Source: Candidatus Izemoplasma sp. | GTDB lineage: Bacteria > Bacillota_I > Bacilli_A > Izemoplasmatales > Izemoplasmataceae | Assembly (NCBI GenBank): GCA_007131405.1 | Contig: SLQR01000023.1 | Location: 1-59,472 of the forward strand | Reading direction: 5' to 3' | DNA: 59,472 nucleotides | In this document: piece by piece, positions 1-8,073 of the stretch | Layout: every line of letters begins with the position of its first letter | How positions within the stretch are numbered: the stretch's first letter is position 1 | Notes under the pieces: model-generated | Database searches by the model: none | Told to the model about the DNA's origin: nothing | Seen by the model: the letters and a program-made list of their open reading frames with translations, nothing else | Position numbers and translations under genes: made by a program

Positions 1-812
1 TGCCCTTTTTCATCGATGCTGTAAATGGAAACATTGTTAATGTTTTCAAACACCACCATCGCTTCATCGGTTTTTTGCGATTGAAACGACGTGTTCTCTG
101 GGTGGGTTGGTTTCACATCAAGATGGGTGAGGAAGAAAATAACGTGTTTGGCTTCGGTAAGTTGAATACGGTCGATTTGAATATTATAGAAGATTAAATC
201 TTCCATAAAGCCCGGCGTTAAAAATTGATACTTTTTAATGAATCGCTCAAAAAGCTGCGCGGTATCTTCATCCATCGACACTTTCTTTTGCTCAACGACA
301 ATGACGCCATTGGCAATACTAACCGTATACTCCTCTGGGTCTTCTTTAAAGAACCCACGGTATTGCAAAATCTCATTCACTTTTTTAAAATCCTCATCAA
401 ACTTTGTGTAATCAAACATCAACTTGTGATCTTCACTAATTAAAATCAAGGTACGCTCATGATCCGTGGCGACCTTTGAAATTTCATCAAACGCAATGTA
501 TTGCGACTTTTTAAAGCCCTCACGGCGAATTAAACCGCGTTCTGTGAATACCACAAATTTCTTACGTTTACGCGCAATGTAGATCATCGGACCAACAAAC
601 GCAAACGCAAAAATTGCGGCGTAAAATTGCGGATTAAAGATGGTTGACTCAACCATCGCTAATAACTCAAGGGCGTAATAAACGGTCGCCGTAAGAAAGA
701 GCACAATCAAAAAGATTGCCTGCACGTTAATACGTTCTTTTTGTTTAAACACCACATAATTTTTTAGAGATTCTCCATACTTGTCATAATACGTTATTTT
801 TGCTTGTTTCAT
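1..812 (-). CDS. hypothetical membrane protein, N-terminal 270 codons (gene runs off the left edge); two predicted TM helices then a soluble, possibly bacterial PH-like, domain
   Basis: Absent from the ORF track because there is no stop inside the window. My translation of the minus strand is open for 270 codons from ATG 810-812, with AGGAGG 5 nt upstream: MKQAKITYYDKYGESLKNYVVFKQKERINVQAIFLIVLFLTATVYYALELLAMVESTIFNPQFYAAIFAFAFVGPMIYIARKRKKFVVFTERGLIRREGFKK... Confidence 0.6.
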   Translation of the reverse strand, partial: MKQAKITYYDKYGESLKNYVVFKQKERINVQAIFLIVLFLTATVYYALELLAMVESTIFNPQFYAAIFAFAFVGPMIYIARKRKKFVVFTERGLIRREGFKKSQYIAFDEISKVATDHERTLILISEDHKLMFDYTKFDEDFKKVNEILQYRGFFKEDPEEYTVSIANGVIVVEQKKVSMDEDTAQLFERFIKKYQFLTPGFMEDLIFYNIQIDRIQLTEAKHVIFFLTHLDVKPTHPENTSFQSQKTDEAMVVFENINNVSIYSIDEKG

Positions 813-821
813 AAGAGCCTC

Positions 822-1127
822 CTAATCGAACAACCCATAAAGCCATGGCACCGTAATAATCGCGAGCACTGCACCAAGCGGCACAAGAAATTGCCCGCGC
901 CATAACGCTTTGATCGTTGAACAGTATTTATCCTTATACAAAACAGTTAACCCAAAGACAACCACGATATACAGTGGCCAAAGCGCAAGCGCCATTCCGA
1001 CAAAAAAACCACCAAACGATGACCCGGTTTCAAAAGTTATGCGATACCCAACTAAAAACATCGCGGTCATCACATACCCAATAATCAAGCCAATCAAGGC
1101 TAGTGTATTTTTCGTCTTCACAAGCAC
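822..1127 (-). CDS. small integral membrane protein (about 3 TM segments), unknown function, GTG start
   Basis: 101-aa ORF, strongly hydrophobic (LALIGLIIGYVMTAMFLVGY, FFVGMALALWPLYIVVVFGL, VPLGAVLAIITVPWLYG). GAGGGA lies 6 nt upstream of the GTG. Its stop (822-824) overlaps the SD of the downstream gene, so this is probably a two-gene operon. Confidence 0.55.
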   Translation of the reverse strand: MLVKTKNTLALIGLIIGYVMTAMFLVGYRITFETGSSFGGFFVGMALALWPLYIVVVFGLTVLYKDKYCSTIKALWRGQFLVPLGAVLAIITVPWLYGLFD

Positions 1128-1157
1128 ATAGCATCCCTCTATCTTGTCGATGGCTTT

Positions 1158-1166
1158 ATTATAACA
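1158..1166 (-). promoter_or_regulatory. extended -10 (TGTTATAAT) for the 1127..1 membrane-protein operon
   Basis: Minus-strand reading is TGTTATAAT, about 30 nt upstream of the GTG start. No good -35. Confidence 0.4.
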
Positions 1167-1220
1167 TATTTTATCATCTTTTCAGGAAAACTGCTATGCT
1201 TTTTCACACCTGTAAAAAGA

Positions 1221-1249
1221 TTGACAAAGACGCGCACCTTACCTATAAT
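1221..1249 (+). promoter_or_regulatory. sigma-A-type promoter TTGACA-17-TATAAT for the rhodanese gene
   Basis: TTGACA 1221-1226, 17-nt spacer, TATAAT 1244-1249. It lies inside the N-terminal extension of track ORF 1103..1675, which argues for the ATG at 1274. Confidence 0.7.
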
Positions 1250-1273
1250 AACGGTGATAGGAGTGAAACAGAT

Positions 1274-1675
1274 ATGCAAATAATTCAAATCGTTGTCGTC
1301 ATTGTCCTTGGGATTGTGATTGGGCAACTCATTTCAAACCGAATGAGCAAACGCAAAACCCGCAAGTATATCCACCACCTGCCTTACGACGAATTTAAGA
1401 AAAACATGCGTAAAGGAGCCTTAATTGATATACGGAAACAAGATGCCTTCGAAAAAGACAAAATAAAAGGCGCGCGCAATTACCGCATTCCCTTTCTTAA
1501 AAACAAAAAACAAAACCAAGTCCGCCGCGACAAACCGCTTTATCTTTATTGCCAAAACGGCCATAAATCCACTAAAGCCGCGCAAAAACTCGTCTACCGC
1601 TTCAATGAAATCTATGTCTTAGAAGGCGGATTTAACGCCTATAAAAAAGCAAAAGATGAATCAATTAAAAATTGA
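1274..1675 (+). CDS. membrane-anchored rhodanese-like (sulfurtransferase) domain protein
   Basis: In frame with track ORF 1103..1675. ATG 1274 is preceded by TAGGAGTG. N-terminal TM helix (IIQIVVVIVLGIVIGQLI), then a rhodanese-like core LIDIRKQDAFEKDKIKGARN...LYLYCQNGHKSTKAAQKL...LEGGFNAY with the active-site Cys loop CQNGHKS. Confidence 0.8.
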   Translation: MQIIQIVVVIVLGIVIGQLISNRMSKRKTRKYIHHLPYDEFKKNMRKGALIDIRKQDAFEKDKIKGARNYRIPFLKNKKQNQVRRDKPLYLYCQNGHKSTKAAQKLVYRFNEIYVLEGGFNAYKKAKDESIKN

Positions 1676-1687
1676 TTCATCTTTTTA
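1655..1687 (+). terminator. rho-independent terminator of the rhodanese gene
   Basis: 11-bp perfect stem GATGAATCAAT / ATTGATTCATC with loop TAAAA, followed by TTTTT. The stop codon lies in the 3' arm. Confidence 0.75.
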
Positions 1688-1694
1688 TGACTGG

Positions 1695-2051
1695 TTATTC
1701 CTTTTCTACGAGTTCAATCTGCTCAAACAACACTTCACTTAACTCGCCTGTGTTGCTTTCAAGCAACATACGCAATCGATCTTTTTCTCTGCGAATGTCT
1801 AAATCATGAATAATCATTAAGGTGTGTGAGACATCGGTCGATTCAAACCGATACGAGTGGATGCCATGTAAAAGCAAGCGCACAAACGTATCTTTTTGCA
1901 ACAATGGGTTGCTGCGAGAAAGAATTTTAATATCCAGGGTAATGCTGTCAGGGTTAATGGTCACCTTATGCAAAAAGCCATCATTAAATATCGGTGGACC
2001 GCCCATCTTTTTAGCCAGAGCTGATTGCTTAATCACATCAAGTTCATACAT
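1695..2051 (-). CDS. hypothetical 118-aa cytoplasmic protein (pattern reminiscent of small polymorphic-toxin immunity proteins)
   Basis: Track ORF. GGAGGG lies 6 nt upstream of the ATG, and the gene has its own consensus promoter. No recognisable catalytic motif. Confidence 0.55.
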   Translation of the reverse strand: MYELDVIKQSALAKKMGGPPIFNDGFLHKVTINPDSITLDIKILSRSNPLLQKDTFVRLLLHGIHSYRFESTDVSHTLMIIHDLDIRREKDRLRMLLESNTGELSEVLFEQIELVEKE

Positions 2052-2075
2052 GAAAATCCCTCCTTATGATACTAA

Positions 2076-2104
2076 ATTATAGCGTGAAATTTAGTCATTT
2101 TCAA
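2076..2104 (-). promoter_or_regulatory. sigma-A-type promoter TTGAAA-17-TATAAT for the 118-aa gene
   Basis: Minus-strand TTGAAA (2104-2099), 17-nt spacer, TATAAT (2081-2076). The -35 overlaps the 3' end of the upstream oxidoreductase gene. Confidence 0.7.
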
Positions 2105-3203
2105 CTGGAAATTCATAACCACTTTGCTGGAAACGTTCACGGTATTTTGCCAACCGGTCATAAAGGGGTTTTGGTAAGGTATCAGGCATAACTGTTTTAA
2201 TCGGTTGATTAAGTTGAATCGTTTCACCCCAATTGGGGTCAACCAAAATCGGCATCCCAGATGCAACTAAATCATACCCAAGACTGAGCGCATGATCAAT
2301 CGACTCACGGGTTTCAATCTTGCCAACCCCAATGAAAGGGATTTTGCGCTTGAGCACCGTTTGAATTTTTTGCGCAATTGGTTCTTGATCGGTTTGATCA
2401 CGCATCGAGCTTTGATCGTATTTACCAAGCGAAATATGCAAATAATCAAGTGGTTTATCTTTCAGCATATCAACCAACGCTAACGTATCATTAAGCGTAA
2501 TCCCTGGGTCTTCAATCTCTTCGGGTGAAAAACGATACCCAAGAATAAATGGCTCGGTTGCATCGTGTTTAATGACTTCATTAACACGATCAATCAACAT
2601 GTCAATAAAGTGCATGCGTTTGGTCAAACTGCCCCCAAACGCATCGGTGCGTCGGTTTGAATGTGGTGAAAAGAACTGTTGGAGCAAATACGTGTTCGCC
2701 CCGTGAAGTTCAACCCCGTCATAACCGGCTTCAATCGAACGGCGCGTCGCTTGCGCAAAATCCTCAATCGTTTGGTGAATCTCTTCTTCGGTTAAAGCCC
2801 GTGGTGTCACCATGCCCTCACGCGGTGCCGGCACGGCACTTGCAGAGACAATATCCTCTTTATTTTCATAAAGCGTCGGGTTATTCATACGGCCCCCATG
2901 GTGCAGTTGCACGATGGCTTTGGCGCCCTCTTCTTTTATCGCTTTGGCAAGACGCGCCATCGACGGAATATAGTCGTCACTTTTTAAGGTGATTTGTTTG
3001 TCAAACGCTTGGGCTTGATCGTTGATGCTCGTCGCCGCAATGATTACCATGCCCATGGTTTTGCTGCGTAGTTTATAGTAATGCAATTCTTCTTCAGATA
3101 CGTGGAAATCATCCTGTGAACTGTACGTGGTCATTGGTGCCATCACAAGTCGATTTTTTAGGGTGAAATCATCACGTAATGGATAAGGTTTAAAAGCATT
3201 CAT
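2091..3203 (-). CDS. NADH:flavin oxidoreductase, Old Yellow Enzyme family
   Basis: Track ORF 2091..3218. The true start is probably ATG 3203 (GAGGAGTGA 4 nt upstream; the TTG at 3218 sits inside the SD). OYE-like motifs are LKNRLVMAPMTT, VQLHHGGR and GYDGVELHGANTYLLQQFFSPHSNRRTDAFGGS. Confidence 0.85.
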   Translation of the reverse strand: MNAFKPYPLRDDFTLKNRLVMAPMTTYSSQDDFHVSEEELHYYKLRSKTMGMVIIAATSINDQAQAFDKQITLKSDDYIPSMARLAKAIKEEGAKAIVQLHHGGRMNNPTLYENKEDIVSASAVPAPREGMVTPRALTEEEIHQTIEDFAQATRRSIEAGYDGVELHGANTYLLQQFFSPHSNRRTDAFGGSLTKRMHFIDMLIDRVNEVIKHDATEPFILGYRFSPEEIEDPGITLNDTLALVDMLKDKPLDYLHISLGKYDQSSMRDQTDQEPIAQKIQTVLKRKIPFIGVGKIETRESIDHALSLGYDLVASGMPILVDPNWGETIQLNQPIKTVMPDTLPKPLYDRLAKYRERFQQSGYEFPVEND

Positions 3204-3270
3204 TTTATCACTCCTCAAAAACAGTATATCATAGAACGCTGCTAGCCTAAGCGAGAGTGATATAAAACTT

Positions 3271-3285
3271 TGTAAAGCGTTTTCA
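3271..3285 (+). promoter_or_regulatory. cre-like box (imperfect) upstream of the tryptophanase gene
   Basis: TGTAAAGCGTTTTCA. The right half CGTTTTCA fits the cre consensus TGWAANCGNTNWCA, but the left half carries one extra base. It sits about 35 nt upstream of TATAAT 3317-3322. Confidence 0.3.
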
Positions 3286-3350
3286 TTCTCTTCTTTATTT
3301 TTGCATGAACCTTGTGTATAATAGAAGCATCATGATTTAGGAGTGTGCAT

Positions 3351-4736
3351 ATGGACAAGAAATACATGGCAGAACCATACCGTATAAAAATGGTTGAATC
3401 AATCCGACAAACCACCAAAGAAGAACGCATTAAACTATTAAAAGACGCGGGTTATAACCCTTTTTCTTTGCGTAGTGAAGATGTGTATATTGATTTACTT
3501 ACTGACTCAGGAACTGGTGCAATGAGCCAAGAACAATGGGCGGCACTTATGCGTGGCGATGAAGCCTACGCTGGAAGCCGCAGTTTTTACCGTTTAGAAA
3601 AAGTTGTTAAAGCTATTACTGGTTATAAATACTTTATCCCAGCGCACCAAGGCCGTGGTGCTGAACAAATCGTTTTACCTCAACTTGTGACCAAAAAAGG
3701 CATGTACTTTATTTCAAACATGCACTTTGACACCACCCGTGCCCATGTTGAACTGGCTGGAGCGCGTGCGATTGACTGTGTCGTCGATGAATGTTTTAAT
3801 ACGCAAGAATACCACCCATTTAAAGGAAACTTTGACCTTTTACGTCTTGAACAAATCATTCAAGAAAAAGGCAAAGACAACATTGCCGGAATCATCATGA
3901 CCATCACCAACAACTCTGCCGGTGGGCAACCCGTCAGCATGGAAAACCTACATGCGACCAAAGCCATCGCCGACAAATACGGTTTAACAGTCATTATTGA
4001 TGGTGCCCGTTACGCGGAGAATGCCTTCTTTGTCAAACAACGTGAAGCGGCCTACGCGAACAAATCAATTCGGGCGATTGCCAAAGAAGTTTTTGATATG
4101 GCTGATGTCTTCTTAATGAGTGCGAAAAAAGATGGACTTGCAAACATGGGCGGTATTATTGCGATAAAAGAAGATGAGGCCCTCTTCCAACTTTGCCGTA
4201 CCTACATTGTCCCCATGGAAGGTTTTCCAACCTATGGTGGGATGAGCGGTCGAGACATGGACGCCTTAGCGGTTGGTCTTGAAGAAGCTTTAGAAGAAGA
4301 TTACTTGCTTCACCGTTTAGACCAAGTCCGTTATCTAGGCGACCGTTTACGCGACGCAGGTGTGCCGATTCAATACCCAACCGGTGGTCACGCTGTGTTT
4401 GTCGACTGCAAAGTGTTTGCGCCCCATATCCCGTTTGATCAATTCCCAGCGCAAGCTGTTGTTAATGAAGTTTATCTTGAAGCGGGTGTTCGTCCCGTTG
4501 AAATCGGGTCATTCTTACTCGGGCGCGACCCAGATACCAATGAAAATATTGAAAGCCCCCTTGAACTGATGCGTTTAACCATTCCACGCAGAACTTATAC
4601 CTATAATCATCTCGATGTCGTCGCCGACGCGGTGATTGCAGTCTACAAGCGTCGTCACGACTTAAAAGGTGTTGAGTTTGAATACGAACCACCTGTCTTA
4701 CGTCACTTTACTGCACGTTTAAAACCCGTGAAATAA
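3351..4736 (+). CDS. tnaA: tryptophanase (PLP-dependent beta-eliminating lyase; tryptophanase/tyrosine phenol-lyase family)
   Basis: ATG 3351 has AGGAG 7 nt upstream (the track start 3345 is a GTG inside the SD region). Collinear by eye with E. coli TnaA: [42 protein letters not shown]-lysine context [54 protein letters not shown] has Asp where tyrosine phenol-lyase has Thr, which favours tryptophanase. Confidence 0.85.
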   Translation: MDKKYMAEPYRIKMVESIRQTTKEERIKLLKDAGYNPFSLRSEDVYIDLLTDSGTGAMSQEQWAALMRGDEAYAGSRSFYRLEKVVKAITGYKYFIPAHQGRGAEQIVLPQLVTKKGMYFISNMHFDTTRAHVELAGARAIDCVVDECFNTQEYHPFKGNFDLLRLEQIIQEKGKDNIAGIIMTITNNSAGGQPVSMENLHATKAIADKYGLTVIIDGARYAENAFFVKQREAAYANKSIRAIAKEVFDMADVFLMSAKKDGLANMGGIIAIKEDEALFQLCRTYIVPMEGFPTYGGMSGRDMDALAVGLEEALEEDYLLHRLDQVRYLGDRLRDAGVPIQYPTGGHAVFVDCKVFAPHIPFDQFPAQAVVNEVYLEAGVRPVEIGSFLLGRDPDTNENIESPLELMRLTIPRRTYTYNHLDVVADAVIAVYKRRHDLKGVEFEYEPPVLRHFTARLKPVK

Positions 4737-4758
4737 AAAAACGCTTCGGCGTTTTTTT
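4737..4758 (+). terminator. rho-independent terminator after tnaA
   Basis: AAAAAACGC-TTCG-GCGTTTTTTT immediately after the TAA. Confidence 0.75.
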
Positions 4759-4830
4759 ATTGCTTAATAGAAGGCTTTCAAGTGATGAAAAAGGTGTCTT
4801 ACACTTTTCAAAAAATCGCTGGAAATATCG

Positions 4831-4859
4831 TTGTATTGAAAACGCTAACATGTTATAAT
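4831..4859 (+). promoter_or_regulatory. sigma-A promoter of the buk operon: TTGTAT-17-TGtTATAAT (extended -10)
   Basis: TTGTAT 4831-4836, TGT 4851-4853, TATAAT 4854-4859. It lies inside the N-terminal extension of track ORF 4782..5969. Confidence 0.7.
4837..4850 (+). promoter_or_regulatory. catabolite-responsive element (cre), 14/14 match to TGWAANCGNTNWCA, in the promoter spacer
   Basis: TGAAAACGCTAACA occupies the spacer between the -35 and -10 of the buk promoter, a repression-type position. Confidence 0.65.
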
Positions 4860-4898
4860 GTATCGTGTTGCTCAAAAGGATACTATATGGAGGTTATT

Positions 4899-5969
4899 AT
4901 GTCATTTAAAGTACTTGCTATAAACCCTGGTTCAACCAGTACAAAACTTGCAGTCTTCGAAAATGAAAACTGCATTTTCAAAGTCTCAGTTAAACATGAT
5001 GCGGAAGAAATCGCTTCATTTGAACGCATCATTGATCAATATGATTTTCGTAAACAATCCATCATGGAAGCCCTTAAAAAATCGGATATTGAACTCGAAG
5101 ATTTAAGCGCCATTGTTGGCCGTGGTGGAATGTTTAAACCGATCGAAAGTGGAACATATACTGTCAACGATGCCATGATTGATTACGTTAAAGAAGCGCC
5201 GCGTGGAGAGCACGCTTCAAATCTTGGCTGCATCATCGCCAAAGAAATTGGCGATTCAATCAACAAGCCAAGTTTTATTGTCGACCCGGTTGCGGTTGAT
5301 GAAATGGACGACATTGCACGCTACACTGGAATGCCTGAAATTAAGCGCGATAGCTTATTTCATGCCTTAAATCAGAAAGCGGTCGCCTTAAAAGCCGCTA
5401 AAGATTTAGACAAACCGTACAATGAACTCAATATGATTGTTGCCCATCTTGGTGGGGGAATCAGTGTCGGTGCCCATCAAAAAGGACGTGTCATCGATGT
5501 CAATAACGCCCTTGATGGTGATGGACCAATGTCGCCTGAACGTAGCGGACAAGTACCGATTGGACCGCTTTATAAAATGATCTTTAAAGGGGAGCATACC
5601 TTAAAAGACATTAAGAAGAAAAATTATGGCCAAGGCGGTCTTGTGGCTTACCTTGGCACAAACGATGGCTTTGAAATCGAACAACGCATTAAAAATGGCG
5701 ATGAGCATGCAAAGTTTATCTTTAGCGTAATGTGTTATCAAATTGCCAAAGAAATTGGGAGTTGCGCCACTGTGCTTAAAGGGGATATCGATGCCATTGT
5801 CTTAACCGGTGGTTTAGCGTACGATAAATTAGCCATCAACTTAATAAAAGAACGCGTCAATTTCATCGCAAAAGTTCTTGTTTACCCTGGTGAAGATGAA
5901 ATGGAAGCTTTAGCGTTTGGGGCACTTCGTGTCTTAAACAATGAAGAACAACCAAAAGAATATAAATAA
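4899..5969 (+). CDS. buk: butyrate (branched-chain fatty acid) kinase
   Basis: ATG 4899 is preceded by GGAGG. MSFKVLAINPGSTSTKLAVFE is a typical acetate/butyrate kinase N-terminus, with IVAHLGGGISVGAH and TGGLAY motifs. 356 aa. Confidence 0.9.
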   Translation: MSFKVLAINPGSTSTKLAVFENENCIFKVSVKHDAEEIASFERIIDQYDFRKQSIMEALKKSDIELEDLSAIVGRGGMFKPIESGTYTVNDAMIDYVKEAPRGEHASNLGCIIAKEIGDSINKPSFIVDPVAVDEMDDIARYTGMPEIKRDSLFHALNQKAVALKAAKDLDKPYNELNMIVAHLGGGISVGAHQKGRVIDVNNALDGDGPMSPERSGQVPIGPLYKMIFKGEHTLKDIKKKNYGQGGLVAYLGTNDGFEIEQRIKNGDEHAKFIFSVMCYQIAKEIGSCATVLKGDIDAIVLTGGLAYDKLAINLIKERVNFIAKVLVYPGEDEMEALAFGALRVLNNEEQPKEYK

Positions 5970-5980
5970 GGGGGAGCACC

Positions 5981-6889
5981 ATGATTAAATCTATGGAAGA
6001 GTTAGTCGCAAAAGCACAACGTCTTGAAACAAAAACATTGGTGGTGGCCGTGGCCAATGACCATCACGTCTTAGAAGCCGTGGACATGGCACGTGAAAAG
6101 GGCATCATCAATGCCATCTTAGTGGGTGATCAATCCGCTATCGAAGAAACATTAAGTGATTTAGACCTTGATAAAAACAACTACGAAATCGTCTCCGTTG
6201 TCGACCCTGTCGAAGCGTGTGAGGAATCAGTAAAAATCGTCAGTTCCCGCGAAGGTCATTTCTTAATGAAAGGGTATGTCGATACTGCCGTTATTTTACG
6301 CGCTGCCCTTGATAAAAACTTTGGTTTACGCACCAAGAACCGTTTGTCTCATGTTAGTGTCATGGAAATTCCTACTTACCATAAACTCTTAATGATGAGT
6401 GATGGTGCGATGAATATCGACCCTGACGTGGATGTCAAACAAGAAATCATTGAAAATGGTGTTCACATTGCGCATGCGATTGGGATTGACATGCCAAACG
6501 TTGGCTGCTTAGCCGCGATTGAAAAAGTGAACCCAAAAATGCAAGCAACACTTGATGCTGAAGAACTGGTTAATCGCGCTGAAAAAGGCACCATTACAGG
6601 CTGTAAAATTGGGGGGCCATTCGCGCTTGATAACGCGATCAACAAAGACGCTGCTGAACACAAAAACATCACCGACCCGATGGCAGGTGACGTTGACTTT
6701 ATCTTAATGCCTCAGATTGAATCTGGAAACGTCTTTTATAAAGCCATGATGTTTTTAGCTAATGCCAAAAGCGCAAGTGTTATTGCTGGCGCTCAACGTC
6801 CGATTGTTTTAACCAGTCGCGCCGATACAACCGAAAGCAAATTTTATTCAATAGCCTTGTCAGCCATTGTGGCTGACTCAAAACAATAA
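5981..6889 (+). CDS. ptb: phosphate butyryltransferase (phosphate acyltransferase, Pta/Ptb family)
   Basis: 302 aa, 11 nt after buk with a GGGGGAG SD. Ptb-like sequence (VAVANDHHVLEAV, SHVSVMEIP, GPFALDNA, QIESGNVFYK). Confidence 0.85.
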   Translation: MIKSMEELVAKAQRLETKTLVVAVANDHHVLEAVDMAREKGIINAILVGDQSAIEETLSDLDLDKNNYEIVSVVDPVEACEESVKIVSSREGHFLMKGYVDTAVILRAALDKNFGLRTKNRLSHVSVMEIPTYHKLLMMSDGAMNIDPDVDVKQEIIENGVHIAHAIGIDMPNVGCLAAIEKVNPKMQATLDAEELVNRAEKGTITGCKIGGPFALDNAINKDAAEHKNITDPMAGDVDFILMPQIESGNVFYKAMMFLANAKSASVIAGAQRPIVLTSRADTTESKFYSIALSAIVADSKQ

Positions 6890-6912
6890 AAATAATATAA
6901 AAGGAGATTCAC

Positions 6913-8031
6913 ATGAAAAAAAATGACACTTTACCAAACGAAGTTTTTAGTTATTCAAATGAAGGCTTCGAGCAAATTATTTATTTTCACAACAAAGAAA
7001 CTGGACTCAAGGGAATCACTTGCATCCACGATACACGTCTAGGTCCTTCTTGTGGGGGAACACGTTTTTTTAATTACGCAAATGAAGAAGAAGCTTTATA
7101 CGATGTTACTCGTTTAGCTAAAGGGATGACCTATAAAAACGCTGCAGCTGGCTTGAACATTGGCGGATGCAAAACCGTTATTATTGGGGATCCAAAGAAA
7201 CTGAAAAGCGAAGAGTTCTTCCGTTCTTATGGCCGTTACATTCAAAGTTTAAAAGGACGTGTCTATACTGGACAAGACATGAACATTACCTTACAAGACT
7301 GCGAACACATGGACATGGAAACTGATTATGTTTCTGGTGTCTTACGTAAAGGCGCAGGAAGCACGACTATCTTAACCGCAAAAGGAACCTACGTTGGTAT
7401 CTTAGCGTCGGTCAAAGAAAAACTTGGAAAAGATAATCTTGATGGACTTGTTATTTCCTTCCAAGGTGTTGGGGCCGTTGTTCAAGAAATGGTTCAATAC
7501 TTAAAAGAACACGACATCAAAAAAATCTACTTCACCGACATTGACAAAGACCGTATTGAGCAATTTAAAAAAGTGTACCCACTTGCTTCTTACGTTGAAC
7601 CCGATAAAATCTTCAAGAAAAAATGCGACGTCTTCTCACCAAACGCCATTGGAGCCGTCATCAATGATGAATCTCTTGAAGACCTTGATTGTAAGATTAT
7701 CGCGGGTGCCGCAAACAACGTTTTAAAAGAAGAACGTCATGGAGATGTCCTCCATGAACGCGGTATTCTTTACGCACCAGACTACGTCATCAACGCCGGT
7801 GGCGTCATCAACGTTTACCATGAAATGATTGGTTACCACGAACCTAGCGCGATTCAAACCACCAATCAAATTTATGATCGCTTAACCGAAATTTACAAAA
7901 TCAGTAAAGAAGAAGGCATTCCAACCTATAAAGCCGCAAACCTTATGGCTGAACGCCGTATTAACAAAATGTTCAGCATCCATAAAGACTTTGTTGGTGC
8001 ACGTAAAAAATTCAAGTGGAATATCGAATAA
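6913..8031 (+). CDS. leucine/phenylalanine/valine dehydrogenase (Glu/Leu/Phe/Val dehydrogenase family)
   Basis: Collinear by eye with B. subtilis Bcd: LGPSCGGTRF, RLAKGMTYKNAAAGLNIGGCKTVIIGDP, FQGVGAV, IIAGAANNVLKEERHGD, YAPDYVINAGGVINV. AAGGAG SD. Confidence 0.85.
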   Translation: MKKNDTLPNEVFSYSNEGFEQIIYFHNKETGLKGITCIHDTRLGPSCGGTRFFNYANEEEALYDVTRLAKGMTYKNAAAGLNIGGCKTVIIGDPKKLKSEEFFRSYGRYIQSLKGRVYTGQDMNITLQDCEHMDMETDYVSGVLRKGAGSTTILTAKGTYVGILASVKEKLGKDNLDGLVISFQGVGAVVQEMVQYLKEHDIKKIYFTDIDKDRIEQFKKVYPLASYVEPDKIFKKKCDVFSPNAIGAVINDESLEDLDCKIIAGAANNVLKEERHGDVLHERGILYAPDYVINAGGVINVYHEMIGYHEPSAIQTTNQIYDRLTEIYKISKEEGIPTYKAANLMAERRINKMFSIHKDFVGARKKFKWNIE

Positions 8032-8056
8032 AAAAGCAGACCCCTGCTTTTTTATC
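8032..8056 (+). terminator. weak rho-independent terminator or attenuator after the dehydrogenase gene
   Basis: AAAAAGCAG-ACCC-CTGCTTTTTT. The GC core is short (5 bp), so read-through into the next gene is plausible. Confidence 0.5.
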
Positions 8057-8073
8057 GTTAGAAAGGAGCCCCT

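Noticed and set aside
1103-1273. N-terminal extension of the rhodanese ORF
   Set aside because: A consensus promoter (1221-1249) and the SD lie inside it. The extension encodes non-protein-like sequence, so the ATG at 1274 is used instead.
2657-2992. 111-aa plus-strand ORF
   Set aside because: It is antisense inside the Old Yellow Enzyme gene, has an Arg/Pro-rich shadow-frame composition and has no SD.
3301-3322. TTGCAT plus TATAAT as the tnaA promoter
   Set aside because: The spacer is only 10 nt, so the two hexamers cannot form one promoter. The TATAAT at 3317-3322 may act with a poor -35. It is not reported as a feature.
4782-4898. N-terminal extension of the buk ORF (GTG start)
   Set aside because: It contains the promoter, the cre box and the SD of buk. 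Buk homologues begin at MSFKVLAINPGSTSTK.
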